Positions 54,401-64,000 of a stretch of DNA of 64,000 nt are shown piece after piece. The stretch's first letter is position 1, and every line of letters starts with the position of its first letter. Both the position numbers and the translations under genes were made by a program. A model generated the notes under the pieces. That model searched no databases, was not told the origin of the DNA, and worked only from the letters and a program-made list of their open reading frames with translations. Source of the DNA: Eledone cirrhosa (lineage: Eukaryota); contig CAXHJY010000871.1 in assembly GCA_964016885.1 (NCBI GenBank), positions 1 through 64,000 on the forward strand. The letters are read 5' to 3'.

Positions 54401-57400
54401 CCGCCAGCCAAGGAAAGATAATATTTAAAAAAATTAGGCGGAGATAATTTGTAAAAAAAATCAGGGGGAGATAATTTGTAAAAAAAATCAGGGGGAGATA
54501 ATTTGTAAAAAAAAATCAGGGGGAGATAATTTGTAAAAAAATCAAGGGGAGAAAATTTCCAGCCGTCCAAGGGGAGATAATTTTCAGCCGTCCAATGAGA
54601 GGTAATTTCTAGCCGTCCAAGGGGAGATAATTTCCAGCCGTCCAAGGGGAGGTAATTTCCAGCCGTCCAAGGGGAGATAATTTTTAAAAAAAAATCAGGC
54701 GAAGATAATTTGTAAAAAAAATCAAGGGGAGATAATTTGCAGCCGTCCAAGGGGAGATAATTTTCAGTTGTCCAAGGAGAGGTAATTTCTAGCCGTCCAA
54801 GGGGAGATAATTTCCAGCCGTCCAAGTGGAGATAATTTCCAGCCGTCCAAGGGGAGATAATTTGTAAAAAAAATCAGGGGGAGATAATTTGTAAAAAAAA
54901 TCGGGGGGGATAATTTGTAAAAAAAAATCAGGGGGAGATAATTTGTAAAAAAAATCAAGCAGAGATAATTTCCAGCCGTCCAAGGGAAGATAATTTCCAG
55001 CCCTCCAAGGGGCTATAATTTCCAGTGTCCAAGGGGAGATAATTTCCAGCCAGCGAAGGGGAGATAATTTTTTTTAAAAAATCAGGGGGAGATTTGTAAA
55101 AAAAATCAGGGGGAGATAATTTGTAAAAAAAATCAAAGGGAGATAATTTCCAGCCGTCTAAAGAGAGATAATTTCTAGCCGTCCAAGGGGAGATAATTTC
55201 GAGCCAAGGGGAGATAATTTCCAGCCGTCCAAGGGGAGATAATTTTTTAAAAAATCAGGTGGAGATAATTTGTAAAAAAAATCAGGGGGAGATAATTTGT
55301 AAAAACAAAATCAAGGGCAGATAATTTCCAGCTGTCCAAGGGGAGATAATTTCCAGCCGTCCAAGGGGAGATAATTTCCAGCCGTCCAAGGGGAGATAAT
55401 TTCCATCCTTCCAAGAGGATATAATTTCCAGCCGTCCAAGGGGAGATAATTTCCCGCCAGCCAAGGGAAGATAATTTTTAAAAAAATCAGGCGGAGATTT
55501 TAATAAAAATCAGGGGGGAGATAATTTGTAAAAAAATCAGGGGGAGATAATTTGTAAAAAAAAATCAGGGGGAGATAATTTGTAAAAAAAAATCAGGGGG
55601 AGATAATTTGTAAAAAAAAATCAGGGGGAGATAATTTGTAAAAAAAATTAGGCGTAGATAATTTGTAAAAAAAAATCAGGGGGAGATAATTTGTAAGAAA
55701 AAATCAGGGGGAGATAATTTGTTAAAAAAATCAAGGGGAGATAATTTGCAGCCGTCCAAGGGGAGATAATTTTCAGCCGTCCAAGGAGAGGTAATTTCTA
55801 GCCGTCCAAGGGGAGATAATTTCCAGCCGTCCAAGGGGAGATAATTTCCAGCCGTCCAAGGGGAGATAATTTTAAAAAAAAAATCAGGCGGAGATAATTT
55901 GTAAAAAAAATCAGGGGGAGATAATTCGTAAAAAAAAATCAGGGGGAGATAATTTGTAAAAAAAAATCAGGGGGAGATAATTTGTAAAAAAAAATCAAGG
56001 GGAGATAATTTCCAGCCGTCCAAGGGTGGTAATATCTAGCCGTCCAAGGGGAGATAATTTCCAGCCGTCGAAGGGGAGATAATTTCCAGCCGTCCAAGGG
56101 GAGATAATTTCCAGCCGTCCAAGGAGACATATTATCCAGCAGTCCAAGGCGAGGTAATTTCTAGCCGTCCAAGGGGAGATAAATTCCAGCCTCCAAGGGG
56201 AGATAATTTCCAGCCAGCCAAGGGGAGATAATTTGTAAAAAAATCAGGGGGAGATAGTTTGTAAAAAATATCAGGGGGAGATAATTTGTAAATAAAAATC
56301 AGGGGGAGATAATTTGTAAAAAAAAATCAGGGGGAGATAATTTGTAAAAAAAATCAAGGGGAGATAATTTCCAGCCGTCCAAGGGGAGATAATTTTCAGC
56401 CGTCCAAGGAGAGGTAATTTCTAGCCGTCCAAGGGGAGATAAATTCCAGCCTCCAAGGGGAGATAATTTCCAGCCAGCCAAGGGGAGATAATTTGTAAAA
56501 AAATCAGGGGGAGATAATTTGTAAAAAATATCAGGGGGAGATAATTTGTAAATAAAAATCAGGGGGAGATAATTTGTAAAAAAAAATCAGGGGGAGATAA
56601 TTTGTAAAAAAAAATCAGGGGGAGATAATTTGTACAAAAAAATCAGGGAGAGATAATTTGTAACAAAAATCAAGGGGAGATAATTTCCAGCCGTCCAAGG
56701 AGAGATAATTTTCAGCCGTCCAAGGAGAGGTAATTTCTAGCCGTCCAAGGAGAGATAATTTCCAGCCGTCCAAGGGGAGATAATTTCCAGCCGTCCAAGG
56801 GGAGATAATTTCCAGCCGTCCAACGAGACATATTTTCCAGCCGTCCAAGGAGAGGTAATTTCTAGCCGTCCAAGGAGAGATAATTTCCAGCCGTCCAAGG
56901 GGAGATAAATTCCAGCCTCCAAGGGGAGATAATTTCCAGCCAGCCAAGGGGAGATAATTTGTAAAAAAATCTGGGGGAGATAATTTTTAAAAAAAATCAG
57001 GGGGAGATAATTTGTAAAAAAAAATCAGGGAAAGATAATTTGTAAAAAATAATCAGGGGGAGATAATTTGTAAAAAAAATCAAGGGGAGATAATTTGTAA
57101 AAAAAAATCAGGGGGAGATAATTTGTAAAAAATAATCAGGGGGAGATAATTTGTAAAAAAATCAAGGGGAGATAATTTCCAGCCGTCCAAGGGGAGATAA
57201 TTTTCAGCCGTCCAAGGGGAGATAATTTCCCGCCAGCCAAGGGAAGATAAGATTTAAAAAAATTAGGCGGAGATAATTTGTAAAAAAAATCAGGGGGAGA
57301 TAATTTGTAAAAAAATCAGGGGGAGATAATTTGTAAAAAAATCAGGGGTAGATAATTTGTAAAAAAAATCAAGGGGAGATAATTTCCAGCCGTCCAAGGG

Positions 57401-60400
57401 AAGATAATTTCCAGCCTTCCAAGGGGCTATAATTTCCAGCGTCCAAGGGGAGATAATTTCCAGCCAGCGAAGGGGAGATAATTTTTTTTAAAAAATCATT
57501 AGGACATTTGTAAAAAAAATCAGGGGGAGATAATTTCCAGCCGTCCAAGGGGAGGTAATATCTAGCCGTCCAAGGGGAGATAATTTCCAGCCGTCCAAGG
57601 GGAGATAATTTCCAGCCGTCCAAGGGTAGATAATATCCAGCCGTCCAAGGACATATTTTCCAGCCGTCCAAGGAGAGGTAATTTCTAGCCGTCCAAGGGG
57701 AGATAAATTCCAGCCTCCAAGGGGAGATAGTTTCCAGCCAGCCAAGGGGAGATAATTTGTAAAAAAAATCAGGGGGAGATAATTTGTAAAAAAAAATCAG
57801 GGGGAGATAATTTGTAAAAAAAAATCAGGGGGAGATAATTTGTAAAAAAAAATCAGGGGGAGATAATTTGTAAAAAAAATCAAGGGGAGATAATTTCCAG
57901 CCCTCCAAGGGGAGATAATTTTCAGCCGTCCAAGGGGAGATAATTTCCCGCCAGCCAAGGGAAGATAATATTTAAAAAAATTAGGCGGAGATAATTTGTA
58001 AAAAAAATCAGGGGGAGATAATTTGTAAAAAAATCAGGTGGAGATAATTTGTAAAAAAAATCAGGGGGAGATAATTTGTAAAAAAAATCAAGGGGAGATA
58101 ATTTCCAGCCGTCCAAGGAGAGATAATTTTCAGCCGTCCAAGGAGAGGTAATTTCTAGCCGTCCAAGGGGAGATAATTTCCAGCCGTCCAAGGGGAGATA
58201 ATTTCCAGCCGTCCAACGAGACATATTTTCCAGCCGTCCAAGGAGAGGTAATTTCTAGCCGTCCAAGGAGAGATAATTTCCAGCCGTCCAAGGGGAGATA
58301 AATTCCAGCCTCCAAGGGGAGATAATTTCCAGCCAGCCAAGGGGAGATAATTTGTAAAAAAATCAGGGGGAGATAATTTGTAAAAAAAATCAGGGGGAGA
58401 TAATTTGTAAAAAAAAATCAGGGAAAGATAATTTGTAAAAAATAATCAGGGGGAGATAATTTGTAAAAAAAATCAAGGGGAGATAATTTCCAGCCGTCCA
58501 AGGGGAGATAATTTTCAGCCGTCCAAGGGGAGATAATTTCCCGCCAGCCAAGGGAAGATAATATTTAAAAAAATTAGGCGGAGATAATTTGTAAAAAAAA
58601 TCAGGGGGAGATAATTTGTAAAAAAATCAGGTGGAGATAATTTGTAAAAAAAATCAGGGGGAGATAATTTGTAAAAAAAATCAAGGGGAGATAATTTCCA
58701 GCCGTCCAAGGGGAGGTAATATCTAGCCGTCCAAGGGGAGATAATTTCCAGCCGTCCAAGGGGAGATAATTTCCACCCGTCCAAGGGTAGATAATATCCA
58801 GCCGTCCAAGGAGAAATATTTTCCAGCCGTCCAAGGAGAGGTAATTTCTAGCCGTCCAAGGGGAGATAATTTTTAAAAAAAAATCAGGCGGAGATAATTT
58901 GTAAAAAAAATCAAGGGGAGATAATTTGCAGCCGTCCAAGGGGAGATAATTTTCAGTTGTCCAAGGAGAGGTAATTTCTAGCCGTCCAAGGGGAGATAAT
59001 TTCCAGCCGTCCAAGGGGAGATAATTTCCAGCCGTCCAAGGGGAGATAATTTGTAAAAAAAATCAGGGGGAGATAATTTGTAAAAAAAAATCGGGGGGGA
59101 TAATTTGTAAAAAAAAATCAGGGGGAGATAATTTGTAAAAAAAATCAAGCAGAGATAATTTCCAGCCGTCCAAGGGAAGATAATTTCCAGCCCTCCAAAG
59201 GGCTATAATTTCCAGTGTCCAAGGGGAGATAATTTCCAGCCAGCGAAGGGGAGATAATTTTTTTTAAAAAATCAGGGGGAGATTTGTAAAAAAAATCAGG
59301 GGGAGATAATTTGTAAAAAAAATCAAAGGGAGATAATTTCCAGCCGTCCAAAGAGAGATAATTTCTAGCCGTCCAAGGGGAGATAATTTCGAGCCAAGGG
59401 GAGATAATTTCCAGCCGTCCAAGGGGAGATAATTTTTTAAAAAATCAGGTGGAGAAAATTTGTAAAAAAAATCAGGGGGAGATAATTTGTAAAAACAAAA
59501 TCAAGGGCAGATAATTTCCAGCTGTCCAAGGGGAGATAATTTCCAGCCGTCCAAGGGGAGATAATTTCCAGCCGTCCAAGGGGAGATAATTTCCATCCTT
59601 CCAAGGGGATATAATTTCCAGCCGTCCAAGGGGAGATAATTTCCCGCCAGCCAAGGGAAGATAATTTTTAAAAAAATCAGGCGGAGATTGTAATAAATAT
59701 CAGGGGGGAGATAATTTGTAAAAAAATCAGGGGGAGATAATTTGTAAAAAAAAATCAGGGGGAGATAATTTGTAAAAAAAAATCAGGGGGAGATAATTTG
59801 TAAAAAAAAATCAGGAGGAGATAATTTGTAAAAAAAATTAGGCGTAGATAATTTGTAAAAAAAAATCAGGGGGAGATAATTTGTAAGAAAAAATCAGGGG
59901 GAGATAATTTGTTAAAAAAATCAAGGGGAGATAATTTGCAGCCGTCCAAGGGGAGATAATTTTCAGCCGTCCAAGGAGAGGTAATTTCTAGCCGTCCAAG
60001 GGGAGATAATTTCCAGCCGTCCAAGGGGAGATAATTTCCAGCCGTCCAAGGGGAGATAATTTTAAAAAAAAAATCAGGCGGAGATAATTTGTAAAAAAAA
60101 ATCAGGGGGAGATAATTCGTAAAAAAAAATCAGGGGGAGATAATTTGTAAAAAAAAATCAGGGGGAGATAATTTGTAAAAAAAAATCAAGGGGAGATACT
60201 TTCCAGCCGTCCAAGGGGAGGTAATATCTAGCCGTCCAAGGGGAGATAATTTCCAGCCGTCCAAGGGGAGATAATTTCCAGCCGTCCAAGGGGAGATAAT
60301 TTCCAGCCGTCCAAGGAGACATATTATCCAGCCGTCCAAGGCGAGGTAATTTCTAGCCGTCCAAGGGGAGATAAATTCCAGCCTCCAAGGGGAGATAATT

Positions 60401-61173
60401 TCCAGCCAGCCAAGGGGAGATAATTTGTAAAAAATATCAGGGGGAGATAATTTGTAAAAAAAATCAGGGGGAGATAATTTGTAAAAAAAAATCAGGGGGA
60501 GATGATTTGTAAAAAAATCAGGGGGAGATAATTTGTAAAAAAATCAGGGGTAGATAATTTGTAAAAAAAATCAAGGGGAGATAATTTCCAGCCGTCCAAG
60601 GGAAGATAATTTCCAGCCCTCCAAGGGGCTATAATTTCCAGCGTCCAAGGGGAGATAATTTCCAGCCAGCGAAGGGGAGATAATTTTTTTTAAAAAATCA
60701 TTAGGACATTTGTAAAAAAAATCAGGGGGAGATAATTTGTAAAAAAAATCAAGGGGAGATAATTTCCAGCCGTCCAAGGGGAGGTAATATCTAGCCGTCC
60801 AAGGGGAGATAATTTCCAGCCGTCCAAGGGGAGATAATTTCCAGCCGTCCAAGGGTAGATAATATCCAGCCGTCCAAGGACATATTTTCCAGCCGTCCAA
60901 GGAGAGGTAATTTCTAGCCGTCCAAGGGGAGATAAATTCCAGCCTCCAAGGGGAGATAGTTTCCAGCCAGCCAAGGGGAGATAATTTGTAAAAAAAATCA
61001 GGGGGAGATAATTTGTAAAAAAAAATCAGGGGGAGATAATTTGTAAAAAAAAATCAGGGGGAGATAATTTGTAAAAAAAAATCAGGGGGAGATAATTTGT
61101 AAAAAAAATCAAGGGGAGATAATTTCCAGCCCTCCAAGGGGAGATAATTTTCAGCCGTCCAAGGGGAGATAAT
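42421..61173. repeat. 9.39-kb near-identical tandem duplication (~42421-51781 and ~51814-61173)
   Basis: Offset of 9393 then 9392 across the ORF-track entries (42587->51980, 44651->54043, 47223->56615, 51298->60690). Private variants present in both copies: CCATATTTCC, GGCGAAGAT, CCAGCAGTCC, GATAAGATTT, CCAAAGGGCTAT. Confidence 0.95.
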
Positions 61174-62000
61174 TTCCCGCCAGCCAAGGGAAGATAATAT
61201 TTAAAAAAATTAGGCGGAGATAATTTGTAAAAAAAATCAGGGGGAGATAATTTGTAAAAAAATCAGGTGGAGATAATTTGTAAAAAAAATCAGGGGGAGA
61301 TAATTTGTAAAAAAAATCAAGGGGAGATAATTTCCAGCCGTCCAAGGAGAGATAATTTTCAGCCGTCCAAGGAGAGGTAATTTCTAGCCGTCCAAGGGGA
61401 GATAATTTCCAGCCGTCCAAGGGGAGATAATTTCCAGCCGTCCAACGAGACATATTTTCCAGCCGTCCAAGGAGAGGTAATTTCTAGCCGTCCAAGGAGA
61501 GATAATTTCCAGCCGTCCAAGGGGAGATAAATTCCAGCCTCCAAGGGGAGATAATTTCCAGCCAGCCAAGGGGAGATAATTTGTAAAAAAATCAGGGGGA
61601 GATAATTTGTAAAAAAAATCAGGGGGAGATAATTTGTAAAAAAAAATCAGGGAAAGATAATTTGTAAAAAATAATCAGGCGGAGATAATTTGTAAAAAAA
61701 ATCAAGGGGAGATAATTTCCAGCCGTCCAAGGGGAGATAATTTTCAGCCGTCCAAGGGGAGATAATTTCCCGCCAGCCAAGGGAAGATAATATTTAAAAA
61801 AATTAGGCGGAGATAATTTGTAAAAAAAATCAGGGGGAGATAATTTGTAAAAAAATCAGGTGGAGATAATTTGTAAAAAAAATCAGGGGGAGATAATTTG
61901 TAAAAAAAATCAAGGGGAGATAATTTCCAGCCGTCCAAGGGGAGGTAATATCTAGCCGTCCAAGGGGAGATAATTTCCAGCCGTCCAAGGGGAGATAATT
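57290..62000. repeat. ~3.2-kb repeat unit re-iterated (same unit family as 940-6740; its start also re-iterates at ~47900->51100)
   Basis: Offsets: 57369->60571 (3202), 57922->61151 (3229), 58515->61744 (3229), 47977->51179 (3202). Confidence 0.85.
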
Positions 62001-64000
62001 TCCAACCGTCCAAGGGGAGATAATTTTAAAAAAAAAATCAGGCGGAGATAATTTGTAAAAAAAAATCAGGGGGAGATAATTCGTAAAAAAAATCAGGGGG
62101 AGATTTGTAAAAAAAAATCAGGGGCAGATAATTTGTAAAAAAAAATCAAGGGGAGATAATTTCCAGCCGTCCAAGGGGAGGTAATATCTAGCCGTCCAAG
62201 GGGAGATAATTTCCAGCCGTCCAAGTGGAGATAATTTCCAGCCGTCCAAGGGGAGATAATTTCCAGCCGTCCAAGGAGACATATTATCCAGCCGTCCAAG
62301 GCGAGGTAATTTCTAGCCGTCCAAGGGGAGATAAATTCCAGCCTCCAAGGGGAAATAATTTCCAGCCAGCCAAGGGGAGATAATTTGTAAAAAAATCAGG
62401 GGGAGATAATTTGTAAAAAATATCAGGGGGAGATAATTTGTAAATAAAAATCAGGGGGAGATAATTTGTAAAAAAAAATCAGGGGGAGATAATTTGTAAA
62501 AAAAATCAAGGGGAGATAATTTCCAGCCGTCCAAGGGGAGATACTTTTCAGCCGTCCAAGGAGAGGTAATTTCTAGCCGTCCGAGGAGAGATAATTTCCA
62601 GCCGTCCAAGGGGAGATAATTTCCAGCCGTCCAAGGGGAGATAATTTCCAGCCGTCCAAGGAGACATATATTCCAGCCGTCCAAGGAGAGGTAATTTCTA
62701 GCCGTACAAGGGGAGATAAATTCCAGTCTCCAAGGGGAGATAATTTCCAGCCAGCCAAGGGGAGATAATTTGTAAAAAAATCAGGGGGAGATAATTTGTA
62801 AAAAAAATCAGGGGGAGATAACTTGTAAAAAAAAATCAGTGGGAGATAATTTGTAAAAAATAATCAGGGGGAGATAATTTTTTAAAAAAATCAAGGGGAG
62901 ATAATTTCCAGCCGTCCAAGGGGAGATAATTTTCAGCCGTCCAAGGGGAGATAATTTCCCGCCAGCCAAGGAAAGATAATATTTAAAAAAATTAGGCGGA
63001 GATAATTTGTAAAAAAAATCAGGGGGAGATAATTTGTAAAAAAAAATCAGGGGTAGATAATTTGTAAAAAAAAATCAGGGGGAGATAATTTGTAAAAAAA
63101 AATCAGGGGGAGATAATTTGTAAAAAAATCAAGGGGAGATAATTTCCAGCCGTCCAATGAGAGATAATTTTAAAAAAAAATCAGCGGCAGATAATTTGTA
63201 AAAAAAATCAAAGGGAGATAATTTCCAGCCGTCCAAATAGAGATAATTTCTAGCCGTCCAAGGGGAGATAATTTCCAGCCAAGGAGAGATAATTTACTGC
63301 CGTCCAAGGGGAGATAATTTTTTAAAAAATCAGGTGGAGATAATTTGTAAAAAAAATCAGGGGGAGATAATTTGTAAAAACAAAATCAAGGGCAGATAAT
63401 TTCCAGCTGTCCAAGGGGAGATAATTTCCAGCCGTCCAAGGGGAGATAATTTCCAGCCGTCCAAGGGGAGATAATTTCCATCCTTCCAAGGGGATAGAAT
63501 TTCCAGCCGTCCAAGGGGAGATAATTTCCCGCCAGCCAAGGGAAGATAATTTTTAAAAAAATCAGGCGGAGATTGTAAAAAAAAATCAGGGGGGAGATAA
63601 TTTGTAAAAAAAAAATCAGGGGGAGATAATTTGTAAAAAAAAATCAGGGGGAGATAATTTGTAAAAAAAAATCATGGGGAGATAATTTGTAAAAAAAATT
63701 AGGCGTAGATAATTTGTAAAAAAAAATCAGGGGGTGATAATTTGTAAAAAAAATCAGGGGGAGATAATTTGTTAAAAAAATCAAGGGGAGATAATTTGCA
63801 GCCGTCCAAGGGGAGATAATTTTCAGCCGTCCAAGGAGAGGTAATTTCTAGCCGTCCAAGGGGAGATAATTTCCAGCCGTCCAAGAGGAGATAATTTCCA
63901 GCCGTCCAAGGGGAGATCATTTTTTAAAAAAAATCAGGCGGAGATAGTTTGTAAAAAAAAATCAGGGGAGATAATTCGTAAAAAAAATTCAGGGGGAGAT

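Larger units (their letters stand above)
1..64000. repeat. Composite two-monomer tandem satellite array (25-bp type A and 26-29-bp type B sharing the core GGGGAGATAATTT), running off both window edges
   Basis: Every line parses as the core followed by CCAGCCGTCCAA (A) or GT(A)nTCAG/TCAA (B), with point variants. All units are head-to-tail on one strand, and no unique segment was seen. Confidence 0.99.

Noticed and set aside
36-63920. Hundreds of minus-strand ORFs of 60-260 aa
   Set aside because: They overlap in all three frames, mostly start at TTG, and simply translate the repeat. Monomer lengths of 24-29 bp and A-tract indels ignore reading frame.
1-64000. CRISPR-like repeat-spacer appearance (constant core with variable insert)
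   Set aside because: The core is only 13 bp and the inserts are 12-16 bp of just two recurring types rather than unique spacers. There is no leader and no cas gene.
1-64000. Direct telomerase product, such as a long 25-bp yeast-type telomeric repeat
   Set aside because: Fixed variant cassettes copied in kb-scale duplications indicate DNA-level recombination rather than templated addition. The monomers match no telomere motif I know.
1-64000. Canonical G-quadruplex array
   Set aside because: G-runs are separated by about 21-24 nt, far beyond canonical loop lengths, so only weak long-loop or intermolecular structures are plausible.
1-64000. AAGGAG/AGGGGG as Shine-Dalgarno sites, or poly-T on the minus strand as terminators
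   Set aside because: No start codon or ORF follows on the + strand, where ATAA gives an immediate stop. No GC hairpin precedes the T-tracts. Both are by-products of the repeat.
1-64000. A-tract length variation as sequencing noise
   Set aside because: Tract lengths are reproduced between duplicated copies (constant offsets of 1384, 2064 and 9392 over kilobases), so most of the variation is real and inherited.

Overview
The whole 64-kb window is one uninterrupted, single-orientation satellite array. I found no unique DNA, genes, RNA genes or transposon insertions. It is built from two related short monomers that share the 13-bp core GGGGAGATAATTT. Type A is AAGGGGAGATAATTTCCAGCCGTCC (25 bp). 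Type B is CAGGGGGAGATAATTTGT(A)7-10T (26-29 bp, usually 27-28). That gives roughly 2,400-2,500 monomers (64,000/~26). A and B occur in alternating short runs, and particular variant monomers recur in fixed order as cassettes. The cassettes are reshuffled by nested tandem duplications of about 49 bp, 132 bp, 1.38 kb, 2.06 kb, 3.1-3.25 kb, 5.0-5.2 kb and 9.39 kb, and there is a looser 22-24 kb collinear repeat. All listed ORFs are minus-strand read-throughs of the repeat, mostly opened at TTG, and I do not treat them as genes. The organism and chromosomal location (centromeric, subtelomeric or other heterochromatin) cannot be determined from this window, and I do not recognise the repeat family. 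All counts and offsets were read by eye or from the ORF track and are approximate.
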